Source of the DNA: Alphaproteobacteria bacterium
GTDB taxonomy: Bacteria > Pseudomonadota > Alphaproteobacteria > MPNO01 > UBA830
Direction: 5' to 3'
Length of the DNA stretch: 64,000 nucleotides
Assembly: GCA_965243135.1 (NCBI GenBank)
Contig: OZ251539.1
Location: 192,001 to 256,000, forward strand
Of the stretch, positions 33,619 through 44,299 are shown in pieces; within the stretch, counting starts at the first letter, position 1, and every line of letters starts with the position of its first letter. Position numbers and translations under genes: made by a program. Below the pieces are notes generated by a model. It was not told the DNA's origin. It searched no databases and worked only from the letters and a program-made list of their open reading frames with translations.

Positions 33619-34026
33619 GAACTCCTGACATGGCAACCAATAATCGATTGTCTCCGTTTATTGATTGTGAAGGTGACGTTGAATAATTGATTGAACGCCC
33701 GTCGAGGCGGGCATGCGGCGGTTGCGCCTCGCCTTCTTGTCCTAAAATGCAGTCTCGTCCGCGACGAAGGCCGCCCCCGTCCATCGTCGCGCCTTGCCCA
33801 AGGAGCGTCGAACGTCCAGTTAAAACAATGTCAGGAGGTCTGAAATTGAGCCGACCCGCGCCAGCGCAGCAGTCGTCAGAGAACGTCCTGCGTTGCCGCA
33901 GCAGCAAATGTCCGAAGTCCAGCCTTCCCATCATGCGCCGTTTTCGCCTCTCCGAGGCGCCTCGGCCATGTCGAACCGGTCAGGCGGCGTTGGACAATTC
34001 CGGTGGACGCGGGCTAGAGTCGCATC

Positions 34027-35259
34027 ATGCAAGCAGATCCGGTGTCTCATCAAGATACCTTGGCCACGGTCGCACTCGACCGGGAGTCGCTGCCGCAGTC
34101 CAGCCTGAATATCGAGCGGAGGGTGCGGACGAACCCCTTTCCTTGGGCCGGTCAGTTCTCGCCGCAACTCGTCGAGGAGTTGTTGGCCGCCTACGCGCCG
34201 AGCGGCGCCGTCGTTCTGGATCCCTTTGCAGGCTGCGGGACGACGCTTGTGGAGGCGGCGCGAATGGGGCTCGCGGCCTGCGGCAGCGAGCTGAATCCCG
34301 CCGCCATGATCCTCGCAAGAGTGTATCAGATGGTCAATGTGGACGAAGCCGCCCGCGCTGCGGCGCTCGACCGTCTCCGCGCCGACCTTCTGGAGACCGT
34401 CGGCACCTCCGCCGGACCGCTGTTCGGAGAACCCTCGAATCGCGCCAGGCTCGAAACCGGACTCGTCGCGCTCTGGCGCGACTCCAATCCCGGCGTCGCG
34501 CGAAACCTGGCGGCGGCGTTGGTGGTGCTGTGCGACTTTCACCGCGAGCGCCTGGACGCCGATACCGTTCTGAAGAGCTGGACGAGGCTCGACCATGCCG
34601 TGCGCAACCTGCCCCTGTCTCCGCGACCGGTGGTCGTCCACCACGCGGACGCAAGATCGCTTCCGTTCGAAGACGGTTCGATCGATCTCGCGCTGACGTC
34701 GCCGCCCTACATCAACGTCCACAATTACCATCAGAAGTTTCGCCGTTCCGTGGAAGCCATGGACTGGAACGTGCTGACCTTCGCGCGTTCCGAGATCGGA
34801 TCGAACCGCCAGAATCGGGCGAACCGGTTCCTGACCGTCATCCAGTATTCCCTGGACATGGCGCTGGCGTTGCGCGAGATGGCGCGGACCGCGAAAACCG
34901 GCGCCCGCCTGATCCTCGTTCTCGGACGCGAGTCTTCCGTGCGGGGCGCACGTTTCTTCAACGGCGAACTCGTCGCGAGAATCGCTCTTCGGAGCGTCGG
35001 CCTGGACCGGCGCCAGGAACGCGTGTTCCGCAACCGGTACGGGCTCCACATCTACGAGGACATCCTTCACTTTCGCGCGGGAAGCGGGCTTTGCGACGAG
35101 GCGTCGACGCTGGAGAACGCCCGGCGCATCGCGAAACAATTCCTTCTGGAAGCCCGATCCCGGGCGCCGGAAAAGGAGCGCCCGGGCATCGACGCCGCCG
35201 CGGCTTCCGCGGACTCGGTTTCGCCTTCTCCTGTATCCGCAAGTTTCTCGAATGCCTGA
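34027..35259 (+). CDS. Amino-DNA methyltransferase (probably N4-cytosine, alpha-type motif order)
   Basis: SAM-binding motif I DPFAGCGTT near the N-terminus and catalytic motif IV TSPPY later; overlaps the start of a restriction endonuclease gene. Confidence 0.88.
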   Translation: MQADPVSHQDTLATVALDRESLPQSSLNIERRVRTNPFPWAGQFSPQLVEELLAAYAPSGAVVLDPFAGCGTTLVEAARMGLAACGSELNPAAMILARVYQMVNVDEAARAAALDRLRADLLETVGTSAGPLFGEPSNRARLETGLVALWRDSNPGVARNLAAALVVLCDFHRERLDADTVLKSWTRLDHAVRNLPLSPRPVVVHHADARSLPFEDGSIDLALTSPPYINVHNYHQKFRRSVEAMDWNVLTFARSEIGSNRQNRANRFLTVIQYSLDMALALREMARTAKTGARLILVLGRESSVRGARFFNGELVARIALRSVGLDRRQERVFRNRYGLHIYEDILHFRAGSGLCDEASTLENARRIAKQFLLEARSRAPEKERPGIDAAAASADSVSPSPVSASFSNA

Positions 35260-36151
35260 CTTTCCGACGCCCCACGGCGACATGCTTCGCTCCCTGCTCC
35301 GCAACCGGAAACTGCCGGAGGGCGACCGCGCCGAAGTCCAGGAAGCGATCCACGACGCCCGCCGAGTGCGAGGCGGCGTCCGGAAGCGCGGAGGAAATCG
35401 TCCCGATTCTGACGTCATCGTTGAACCTGTATAAGGAGTATATCGATTGCCGGTTGGTGTTCGACAGCGAGCACGACTTTCTGTATCGGCAGAAAGGACA
35501 GCTCAAGCTCGACAACACGATACTGGAGGAATTCCTGCCCAGAATGGTCGGACGGGTGTTTTCCGATCGACTGCGGGAGCTCGGTCTGGTCATGGGACCG
35601 ACGAATTCTTTCTCCCATTTGCGCTTCGATTCCAGCATTTTGCTTCCGATGACCGGCGGCGGGATGGCATTGCGGTCGAAGGATCACGACTTCGCTCTGG
35701 CGCGCCCGCTGTTTCTGAGAGCGTCGCACGACGAAGACTTCGGCGAGCCGCGCGACGCCAGAACCCATCTCGCCTATGTCGCCGCCGAGATCAAGACGAA
35801 CCTCGACGAGACGATGTTCCAAGAAGCGAGCGGCACCGCCTCAAGCTCGCGCTGCCGAACTCGCGCTATTTCCTGTTGTGCGAGTGGCTGGACATGACCC
35901 CGATCAGCACAGCCGTCACGGCGATCGAGGAAGTCATCGTGCTCCGCAAGGCGCGGCGCTTGCCGTCCGATCTGCGACAGCGCTTCTCGACGGCGGCGGG
36001 CCGGAGAAGGCACCGGGAGGCGTTTCTTCGGCATCTGGCGGAAAACCCGTTCGCGCCCGAGGCGTTCGGACGCTTTCTGAGCCATGTGGAACGGTTGCTT
36101 GGAAACGGCGCCGGAAGCGAGCAGGATGCGCTGGAGCGCGGCTGGTTCTGA
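35252..36151 (+). pseudogene. Bpu10I-family type II restriction endonuclease, two frameshifts
   Basis: Split over three frames: MPDFPTPHG..N.KLP (35252-~35355), FLYRQKGQLKLDNTILEEFLP...AAEIKTNLDETMFQEA (~35360-35838) and LKLALPNSRYFLLCEWLDMTPIST...LRKARR (~35840-36151). These motifs match the Bpu10I/Bsu36I-like family as I recall it. Confidence 0.8.
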
Positions 36152-36154
36152 ACG

Positions 36155-36447
36155 CAGCAATTCCCGCTAAGGTGGCCGTCCTTTGCGAAAGGCGCGTCGA
36201 GATAGCATCGTTACCGAGGGACCAGCCGCCGCGACACACCTTTCCCGCTTCGGTTTGCCGCCGACATAGCCTTGACCACCCTGCTTCCCCTGAAGAACCT
36301 GCTTTAGCACACTCGGTCACGATGCCGGGTCAGGAGGCGGGAACTCCTACTGCTTTCCGGTGTCCAAACGCGATCATTCGGTAGAGCACCTCCCAGTCCT
36401 TCAGGAAGTAGTTGAGGAACGATCTCCGCACCTTTTCCCAGAAGTAA
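36155..36447 (-). mobile_element. Truncated copy (TIR plus transposase 3' end) of the IS at 44300-45948
   Basis: Starts with the TIR cagcaattcccgctaagg and aligns, with substitutions, to 44300-44598. Confidence 0.9.
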
Positions 36448-36607
36448 CAAGTAGAGAATTTCTAAAATAATACCCCCATGGATGACAGGATGCTGCAGTC
36501 TGCTCCCTTGGGACGAGGAAATCTTGGGAGGTCAGCATGCCTTTTCAGAGCCGTCGGGTACTGCTGGAACTCACAGCGGATATTCGAGCGACGTTGGAAA
36601 CCGTCGG

Positions 36608-36700
36608 CCGGCCGTAGTCGAAGCGCTGCTGGACGCCGGCGCCGACCCCGGCGCGCGGAACCCTGTCGGCGACACGCCTGCGGATATAGCGAAGAAGAGG
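36608..36700 (+). pseudogene. Ankyrin-repeat gene fragment
   Basis: Translates to AVVEALLDAGADPGARNPVGDTPADIAKKR, a typical ankyrin consensus, with no intact gene around it. Confidence 0.7.
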
Positions 36701-36923
36701 GTGCCACCGAGGTGCGGCATATGCCGACGGTTGCTTGACGAGCCTCGCTCGGCCGCGGTAACGCGCCTTGAAGAAAAGCATGCCTGCTCGCCCGCCAGCC
36801 TCCGAGGCGACCCCGCTTCGGAGGTCGATCAGCGCCGTCGGGTGCGATCCTGTGTTCAAAAAATTCACCATGCTGCAGTATCCTGGATTTCACGGAATTT
36901 CAGACAGATCAAACGTGGTCCGC

Positions 36924-37965
36924 GTGAAAAATTTCGCCGACGCCGCTCGAAGGCGACAGGCAAATTTCCAGGAGGCGTCGCCGACCATTAGCGAGCAAGG
37001 GCGTCGCCCGTCGGACAACCAAGGCCAGCGCCACGGCCATCTTCTAGCCCTCGGCTACGGGGACGGGAACCTGTATCCATCTCTCCGAGGCGAGCCGGGA
37101 GTGCGCCGGTTCTTCAAAGAGCGTGGAATCAAGTGGCATAGAACTACCCGGAGCGGCGATTCGCCAGGTACGGACGGACCGATCCGCAACGTGACGAGCT
37201 CCCGCGTGCGTCAATTTCCTCCTGTCTCTCGCCGAGATTTCCGGCGCGAGAGCGGCCATGGTCCGTGCGAGGCGATATGAAGGATATCGTCGATATCCGC
37301 CGCGAGGGCACAGCAAATCCCGCTAAGGCTCTTGGAAAATATGGGGTTTCAGAAAAATTTTTCGCAGACTTTTCCGGGTAGTGCGATTCGCCTTCTCCGC
37401 GCCTTCCGGACATGCGCCCGCCTTTGCGGGAATTGCTGGCGAGGGCAGGACGTCGCCTGTCGAGTTCGAGTGGCCTCGAATGTTCGCTCGAAGGAGGCAC
37501 GAAACGGGGCGCCTACTGCACCAGCGTCGACGCCTTTGTCATTGTCAAAGCCGACGCGGCACGGCGCGCATACCTCATGGAATGGAAATACGCCGAAAAG
37601 CCCACGGTCAACAAAGTTGAAGAATGGCGGCGCAGGTATTCCGAACGCTACTCGGCCAAATCATCCGCGTTCAGCAACGTGGTCCCCATGGACGAACTAT
37701 TTTACGACCCTCAGCTTATGCGCTTTCGCTTTCTGGCGGACAGGATGATGACGAACGGGGAGCTCGGCGTCTCTGAAGCGAAAGTAGTTGTTGTCGTGCC
37801 GGAAGGGAACTCGGCCTATCGGGGACGGATCACCTCTCCGCCTCTGGCCAATCGGTTTCCGCATTTCAAATCCGTTTCGGAGGCAATGTGCGCCACGTTG
37901 AAACAGCCCGATTCGCGCGGGTTTTCCCTTCCCGGCTGCTCGGAGCTGTCGAGCGCGGTCGCGGT
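36924..37965 (+). pseudogene. PD-(D/E)XK putative restriction endonuclease (PGN_0703-like), frameshifted and MITE-interrupted
   Basis: Fragments NLYP...FF..RGIKWH...RNVTSS, VEFEW, RGAYCTSVDAF...LMEWKYAE and QLMR...A lie across several frames. A MITE sits at 37311-37438 and the 3' end is cut by the direct repeat. Confidence 0.65.
37311..37438. mobile_element. 128-bp MITE derived from the resident IS
   Basis: TIRs cagcaaatcccgctaagg / cctttgcgggaattgctg; 9-bp TSD gcgagggca at 37302-37310 and 37439-37447; the interior resembles the IS 5' end. Confidence 0.93.
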
Positions 37966-37966
37966 C

Positions 37967-38069
37967 GGGATGCCAACTTCGGACAAAAGTATCTGCGAAT
38001 CCGAGTTTCAAAAATTCGAAAATTCTCTCCGTTTTCGGGGTCCGGCGGGAAATGCCCCTTTCAGATTCG
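37967..38069. repeat. ~100-bp direct repeat, copy 2 (right boundary of the R-M islet)
   Basis: Near-identical to 33517-33618. Confidence 0.9.
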
Positions 38070-38421
38070 AGCCGTGTGCGCTGTTCGCAACGCCTTGAAA
38101 TGCGGACAGCTTTCAGGAGTGCCGAATTTTTTCCTCGGGTACGGAAAACTGCGAATTCTCCGCGCCGGGACCGCGATTTTCGCAGATTCCACCCCACGGC
38201 CGGCCGGGCGCCGCCTCCTGGCCGCCTGCGTTCAGGCCACGGCCCGGCTCGCCCCGGGTTTGCGGCACGGTGCCGAAGTAACCAGATATTCGCTTTTTTC
38301 GTTCTGAAGACCGAGCGTCCGTGCGGCCCTTGCCGGACAGCTGGCGGGCAGGCGGAGCTGTCCGCGGGGTGCCGGCCGGGCGGCGGGCCGATAAAAATGG
38401 CATGGCGCAGACAGATTAGGG

Positions 38422-38451
38422 TTTACCCCCCCCCCCCCCGCCGCTTAAAAT
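38422..38451 (+). promoter_or_regulatory. Putative sigma70 promoter with a C14 homopolymer in the spacer
   Basis: TTTACC (38422-38427), 18-nt spacer, TAAAAT (38446-38451); C14 at 38426-38439; ~100 bp upstream of the likely autotransporter start. Confidence 0.6.
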
Positions 38452-38549
38452 GGTCTTGGAGAATCATGGATTCCGTGACGGTGAGCATCCGTCTGAAGTT
38501 TGAACATCGCAGGGAAAGACCGATGGAGTTCGTGGAGGCGCAGGCGCGT

Positions 38550-41500
38550 ATGATCACGCTGTCGAAATCTGGAAGTCGAGAAAACAAGTCATTCAATAGT
38601 CGTATTGGTATGACCGCCATGGCCTTGGCGTTCCTCGCCTCCTTCCTCCTCGCGCCGGGGGATGCGCGGGGGTGCGCGAATAGCGGAACCGTATCGTCCA
38701 GCCAAGATTTCACCTGCAACAACGCGGCGTACCCCACCTCAATCCGCCGCGTGGTAGATAGCAACGCCAGCCTCACCATCCGCGTCCCAGGTGGCACCGG
38801 CACAGGCGGGACGGCGACCGTGATCACGGGGGAAGCCCATTGGCCGGGCATCGATATAGACGCCAGCGATAACTCCCAGACCGGCAACTATGCCATCCAT
38901 GTCGGCACGACGGGCGCCGTCAACATCGTGGACGACACCGGCAGCGGCAACGCGAGCCGCGGCATCCGGATACTTCAGGACGGCAGCGGCACGGCCACGG
39001 TGGACGTCGGGATGCAAGTGACCATCGGAACCTCGTCCTCCCGGATGCGCCAGCACGGCATCTATGTCCGAAGCAGCGGCAGCGGCGGCGCCGTCACGGT
39101 CACGAACGCCGGCACGATCTACGCCAGCTATGAGGGCCTGGACGTCAAGCATGACGGCCCCGGGACCACGACGGTCACGCACAGCGGCGCCGTCGACTCG
39201 TTGAACCATGGCATCTGGGTGCGGGCGGACGGCACGGGCCCCTTGATCGTCACCAGCAGCGGCAACGTCGCGGTGACGAACGCGAACCAGCAGGGCATCC
39301 GGATGGAAGCCGGCAACAACGGCGCCGCCATGACCCTCACGGCAACCGGCGGCACGGTCACGGCACCGGCTCAGGGCATCTACATGGAGAGCCGGGGCAC
39401 GGGCGCCGTCACGATCCAGGGCACGGCCGCGAGCGCCCCGACCCAGAGCGGCCCCACCATCACGTCGTCGGCGAGTCACGGCATCCACGTCCACAAGTCG
39501 GGGTCCAGCGCCACGGCAGGCAACATCTCGATTACCACCACCGGCGGCTCGATCACGCCCGCCGGGACGGGGAGCTTTTACGGCATCTACGTCCAGGACC
39601 ACGCCGGCTATAGCGGCAGCGTCGCCATCGACAACGCCGCCGACATCACGGCGAGCCAGGAGGCCATCCGTGTCGAGAGGCTGGGTTCCGGCGCCGTTTC
39701 CGTCACCAACAGCGGCGGCACCGTGTCGAGCTCGGCCCAGTCCGGCATCCTCGCCCAGAACGCGGCGAACGATGCCAGCACCGTGAGCGTCTCCATCATG
39801 GGCGGCACGGTGCAAACCACCGGCCCGGGCGTGCAGGCCATCAATGCCAGAAACCAAGGCACCGGCGACGTCGGCGTCGCCATCGCCGCCGGCGCCACGG
39901 TCATATCCAGGAACCATGCCGGCATTCTCGCGGGGCTGGGGAGCTACGCAGGCAGCCCCCGGATGACCATCGAACAGAACGGCGCCATCCTGGGCCGCAA
40001 GGGCGTCTATGCCCAGGTGGTCCACCACAGCACCGACGATCCGGTCGTGCCGCGCCAGCCGGCGGACCAGCCCGTGATCGACATCGCCTGGACGGGCACC
40101 TTCGCGGCGGGGACCACGGCCCAGACCGCCCCGGACGACAACGGCCGCTTCTCCGTGACGAGCGCCGTCAATGTGCCTGTCTTCGCCCGGTCGGCGGTGG
40201 TCGGCGAGGCCAGCGGCGGCCTCTATGACGGGGCGGCGGGCATCGAGGCCCAGGTCATGTCCTCGTTCACTGTGGCGGCGCAGGTGGCGGAGGGCGACGA
40301 CCCGGGCGCGTTCGCCAACAACGCGGCGCAGCTGACGGCCGTGCCGACGACCGCCACCGCCAGCAACAACGACTACGTCGCGCAGTTCCGGGCGGCGTTT
40401 GGGAACGAGCAGCTCGCGATCGCGCCGGCGGTCTTCACCGCCATCGGCACCACCGCCACCACGAGCGCGGCCGACCTGACCGACGCCCAGATCGTGACCT
40501 ATCTGCGGGGGGACAACAACGCCGTCCGAGACCTGCTGCGCAATCTGCTGCGCCGGACTCTCTCGGATAAGGAGAAGGCGGTGCTGGCGGCGTTGGCGAC
40601 CGGCGACGGCGACGGGCTGACCGCCGCGCTGGACGATACGGAGGCGGGGTTCTCCAACGCCTACAAGACGGCGGTGCGGGCGCTGCTGAACCGCTACCAC
40701 GTCGGCAACATCGACGTCGCCATGACCGGCGGTTCCATCGATTCGCGCGGCGACGGCATCCGCGCCTACTACGCGACGCCCAACGCCAACAACGGCGCCA
40801 TCAGCGTCACCGTTGCCGATGGCGCGAGCGTGACCGGCGCCAGGGCCGGCATCCACGTCGCGAACGCGGGCGCCATGGGAACGGGTGCCGAGCGCATCCT
40901 GAAGCAGACCGTCGAGGTGAACGGCACGGTGACGGGCGGGACGGACGCGGCCGTGCGTCTCGTGGGCGGCGGCACGCTGACGGTCGGCCGGACGGGCGTG
41001 CTGATCGCCGGCTCTTCGGGGCGGGCGATTTGGGCCAGCGGGCGGGCGGTCATTCGCATCGACAACGAGGTGCGCGGCGGCCGCGGCGGCGGGGCCGAAG
41101 CGGTGCCTGCGGTGCATCTGACCGGCGCCAACAGCAGGCTGACGGTCGGCCCGGCGGGACGCATTGTGCGCGCTGACGGGGCCGAACTCGCGATCCGGCG
41201 AGACGGCGCGGGGACCAGGTTGATTGCGATCCAGGATCCCGCCCTCGCCCTCGCGGACGGCAGGTTCACGCAAGCGAGCGTCGACGACGCGATCGTGCGG
41301 CTGGGCGGCACCGTCGGCGGCGGCGGAACCGGCAACATCGAGGTCGCCGCGGGTGAGCCGGACAATCCGAACCTCCCCAGCGGCGTAGTTTTAACTCTTC
41401 CCGACGGCGAAATCGCTCTGGAACCTGGTTCCGGGTACAGCGAATTGCCGGTAGATAGGTCACAGCCGGAGCCGCAGCAGCCGGAGCCGCAGCAACCGGA

Positions 41501-42635
41501 GCCGCAGCAGCCGGGGCAGCAGCAGCCGGGGCAGCAGCAGCCGGGGCAGCAGCCGGGGCAGCAGCCGGGGCAGCAGCCGGGGCAGCAGCCGGGGCCGCAG
41601 CCGGGGCCGCAGCCGGGGCCGCAGCCGGGGCAGCAACCGGGGCAGCAGCAGCCGGGGCAGCAGCCGGGGCAGCAGCCGGGGATGCCGAAGGAGAGGCTGG
41701 CGGGGGTGCGCTTCGATTGCGAGATGACAGAGGCAACAAAGGCCAAGTGTCGTCTTTACGAAGCGCTGCCGTCGGCGCTTCTGGCGATGAACGGGTTGCC
41801 GACCTACGGGGAGCGGATGGCGGCGGCGCGGGACAGCAACGGCGGCTGGGCGCGGATCGACGGCGCGGACGGCGAGTGGAAGGCGAAGAGTTCGACGCCT
41901 TCGACGCCGCCGAACGCGGCTTTCGACTACCGCCGGTACGGCGTGCAGGCGGGGGTGGACTTCGCGGTGGGCGGCGACGGGCGGTTCGGCGTGTCGGTGC
42001 GCGGGCTGCAGGGGTCGGCGGAGATAGCGGCGACGGGCGGCGAGATCGAGCTGTCGGGTGTCGGCGCGGGCGCGCACGGCACGGCGTTCTTCGGCGGCGG
42101 CTTCCACGTGGACGTGCAGGCGATGGCGACCTGGTACGATGTCGATCTGTCCTCCGGCCGTATGTCGCTGAAGGAGGGCATGAAGGGTCTGGGCCTGGCT
42201 TTCGGTGTGGAGGCCGGGCGGCGGATGCCCGTGGGCGGGGGAGTGGTCGTGACGCCCGGCGTCGGCCTGTCCTGGTCCGGGGTGGACCTGTCCTGGTCCG
42301 GGGTGGACCTGAGCTTCGCGAGAGGCATGGAGCGCGTGTCGGTGGAGGACGCTCGGAGCCTCGTGGGCCGCGCCGGGCTGCGCGTGGAGATGGAGGCCGG
42401 GCTGTTCGGTTCGTTGGAGGCCACGCACGAGTTCTCGGACAAGAGGTCGACCCGGATCTTGGACGTGTCGCTGCGCACGACCGAGGCCCAGAAGACCGGC
42501 GTTCGCGTCGGGCTGGGCGGCGCGCGTAGCTGGGATGACGGCAAGTACGCGCTGCGGGGCTCGGCCGGATACGCCGCCCGCGGCAGCGGCAACGGCGAAT
42601 TCCACGGCGGGGTCAACCTCGCGATGCGCTTCTGA
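38550..42635 (+). CDS. Autotransporter (type Va-like) outer-membrane protein with beta-helical passenger and Pro/Gln-rich linker
   Basis: GGAGG at 38534-38538 before ATG 38550; signal-like hydrophobic stretch AMALAFLASFLLAPGDARG; repeated 'GIxV...G.V.VTN.G.I' passenger motifs; (QQPG/QPEP)n linker; C-terminal barrel ending ...VNLAMRF. The start codon is uncertain. Confidence 0.85.
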   Translation: MITLSKSGSRENKSFNSRIGMTAMALAFLASFLLAPGDARGCANSGTVSSSQDFTCNNAAYPTSIRRVVDSNASLTIRVPGGTGTGGTATVITGEAHWPGIDIDASDNSQTGNYAIHVGTTGAVNIVDDTGSGNASRGIRILQDGSGTATVDVGMQVTIGTSSSRMRQHGIYVRSSGSGGAVTVTNAGTIYASYEGLDVKHDGPGTTTVTHSGAVDSLNHGIWVRADGTGPLIVTSSGNVAVTNANQQGIRMEAGNNGAAMTLTATGGTVTAPAQGIYMESRGTGAVTIQGTAASAPTQSGPTITSSASHGIHVHKSGSSATAGNISITTTGGSITPAGTGSFYGIYVQDHAGYSGSVAIDNAADITASQEAIRVERLGSGAVSVTNSGGTVSSSAQSGILAQNAANDASTVSVSIMGGTVQTTGPGVQAINARNQGTGDVGVAIAAGATVISRNHAGILAGLGSYAGSPRMTIEQNGAILGRKGVYAQVVHHSTDDPVVPRQPADQPVIDIAWTGTFAAGTTAQTAPDDNGRFSVTSAVNVPVFARSAVVGEASGGLYDGAAGIEAQVMSSFTVAAQVAEGDDPGAFANNAAQLTAVPTTATASNNDYVAQFRAAFGNEQLAIAPAVFTAIGTTATTSAADLTDAQIVTYLRGDNNAVRDLLRNLLRRTLSDKEKAVLAALATGDGDGLTAALDDTEAGFSNAYKTAVRALLNRYHVGNIDVAMTGGSIDSRGDGIRAYYATPNANNGAISVTVADGASVTGARAGIHVANAGAMGTGAERILKQTVEVNGTVTGGTDAAVRLVGGGTLTVGRTGVLIAGSSGRAIWASGRAVIRIDNEVRGGRGGGAEAVPAVHLTGANSRLTVGPAGRIVRADGAELAIRRDGAGTRLIAIQDPALALADGRFTQASVDDAIVRLGGTVGGGGTGNIEVAAGEPDNPNLPSGVVLTLPDGEIALEPGSGYSELPVDRSQPEPQQPEPQQPEPQQPGQQQPGQQQPGQQPGQQPGQQPGQQPGPQPGPQPGPQPGQQPGQQQPGQQPGQQPGMPKERLAGVRFDCEMTEATKAKCRLYEALPSALLAMNGLPTYGERMAAARDSNGGWARIDGADGEWKAKSSTPSTPPNAAFDYRRYGVQAGVDFAVGGDGRFGVSVRGLQGSAEIAATGGEIELSGVGAGAHGTAFFGGGFHVDVQAMATWYDVDLSSGRMSLKEGMKGLGLAFGVEAGRRMPVGGGVVVTPGVGLSWSGVDLSWSGVDLSFARGMERVSVEDARSLVGRAGLRVEMEAGLFGSLEATHEFSDKRSTRILDVSLRTTEAQKTGVRVGLGGARSWDDGKYALRGSAGYAARGSGNGEFHGGVNLAMRF
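41462..41680 (+). repeat. In-frame 12/15-bp tandem repeats encoding QPEPQ/QQPG/PQPG
   Basis: cagccggggcag / cagccggagccgcag units directly visible. Confidence 0.95.
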
Positions 42636-42895
42636 AACCCCGGCGGCGGGCCGGCAACGAACGCCGGCCGCCTCCCCCGGACGGACGGCCCGCTCCCCGG
42701 CCGCCGCGAAAGGCGCAGCTCCGCGACGGAACGGAAACCTTCCGTGGTTCCGTCCGCCGCCTTACGAGCCTCCGACGGCGGAAACCGGTGCGACGGCGCC
42801 TGCGACACGCTGCCAGGCGGCGGACGGTATCGCGAAACTCCCGGTCCGCGGAACCGACGATTTCGGGCTCCCCCGTTGAGGCCCGCGTGGAGCGC
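42571..42895. repeat. Autotransporter 3' end plus downstream flank, duplicated at 49997-50335
   Basis: acgccgcccgcggcagcggcaacggcga...gcgatgcgcttctgaaaccccggcggcgggccggcaacgaacgccgg...gcgacacgctgccaggcg...atcgcgaaactcccggtc is present at both sites. Confidence 0.9.
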
Positions 42896-43094
42896 GCCTC
42901 TCAAGCGGGTTCGAACGCCGTTCATCGGCCGGCACGGCGATTCATGGCGGTGCGAGCGGCGGAATTCCAGAGTTGTCGGGCTGGCGGGTAGTGGGCAGTT
43001 GCTCGCCCGCCCGGATGCTTGAACCCGCAGCGGGCAAGCCGTAGTTTCCGGCGCATCGGCCGCAGTTCGGGGGCCCTGAGCCGGGAATTCGACA

Positions 43095-43790
43095 GTGAAC
43101 GACAAACAGAAGATCGATCGCGCTTCCCTACGAAGCGCCAGAGAGGAGTTTCCTCTTCGAGAACGGCGAATCGAGAGAAGATCCCGACCGGGAAATCATG
43201 AAAGCGGACGGCCGCAAGCGCGTTCTCGCCATCGGTTCGAATCGTTCACCCAGGCAACTGGCTCGCAAATTCGAACATGAACCCGCAATCGCGGCGGTCG
43301 CCGCGACATTGCATGACTTTGACGTCGTCTACGCAGCCAGGATCGCAAGCTACGGCGCGGCGACGCTCGTCCGTCAACCGGGCGCGATAGTGCGCACCGC
43401 CGTATTGTACCTTACCAAGAAGCAACTGCAATGCATGCACAAGAGCGAAGGCGTTGATAAGAAAAAAGGCGCCTGCCGCTTCAAGCGCTACCGAAAAATC
43501 AACCTCCGTCTCGACCGTCTCGATACCGAGCAACAAATCGACGAAATCGATACCTACGTTGCGAATGTCGGCCCGGCGTCCATGAACGGTGCGCCGATCG
43601 CGTTGAGGGAGGTTAAGGCCATCAAACGCAATTTGATTGTCCCAGCGCGAAATGCAGTGCGCGCTTCGCGACAGGGTCGCCCCGCAAGTCGACCTGAACG
43701 AATTCGTGCTCGGCAGCATTGGCGAGGACAACCGAGAAAGCCGTGACAGGCGAAAAAATTCCTCAAAAACCTGGTGCGATCTCCATAGAG
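43095..43790 (+). pseudogene. Conserved hypothetical protein (possible gamma-glutamylcyclotransferase-like fold), frameshifted
   Basis: FPYEAPERSFLF...VLAIGSNRSP.QL.RKF...FDVVYAA.I..YGA...QL..MH.SEG; the reading frame changes near 43120 and 43635. Confidence 0.55.
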
Positions 43791-43844
43791 AAGAACGCGT
43801 CAGATCCTTCCCGCCCAAAGGACTTTGTCGAGATTTGACGCCGT

Positions 43845-43950
43845 TGTCGCCGACCTTCGGAACGACGAACTGGAACGCGATGCAAACGGTGACGTCGAGC
43901 GGCGGCGCGGACGACGGGCTGGCGAACGTGAACGTTGCGGCGACGACGAT
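43845..43950 (+). pseudogene. Detached relic of a giant-adhesin repeat module
   Basis: Encodes TFGTTNWNAMQTVT...GLANVNVAATT, matching TFGTTNWDTAQTVT...GLANVDVLVSTT at ~24950-25120. Confidence 0.65.
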
Positions 43951-44299
43951 CCGTCGGCGTTGACGCTTCATTGCCGAGAGCAGTGCGGGCAACGCAGCGG
44001 CAGCAAGGCTCCCGCATGCGGAGGGCGAACGGGATCTGATTCAGCTGCGCCGCGGCGATTTCGACGACTTGTTGCCGCGCCGCAGGAAATTTCCGCTTGT
44101 AGCGAACACGGCCGCTGATCAAGAGAGTCCGGGTCGCGCCTGGAAGACGTGCGCCGGCCGATCCCGCAGGCGATTCGGTCAGGAGCGCTGGCCCGCCCCC
44201 GTTCACTCGGAGCAATACGCGCCCAAGGCGTGGCCGACGCGTTCGAACCGCGCTTCTCCGCCGATGTCCGCGACGCCCTCGTCTTGACAATTGAAACGC

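Noticed and set aside
33630-33950. Lower-GC stretch upstream of the MTase (possible controller gene or relic)
   Set aside because: No convincing ORF or HTH motif could be identified by eye.
33687-35897. 736-aa ORF spanning the MTase and endonuclease
   Set aside because: Only its last ~170 codons are meaningful (the middle piece of the frameshifted endonuclease); the rest is an alternative frame over the MTase.
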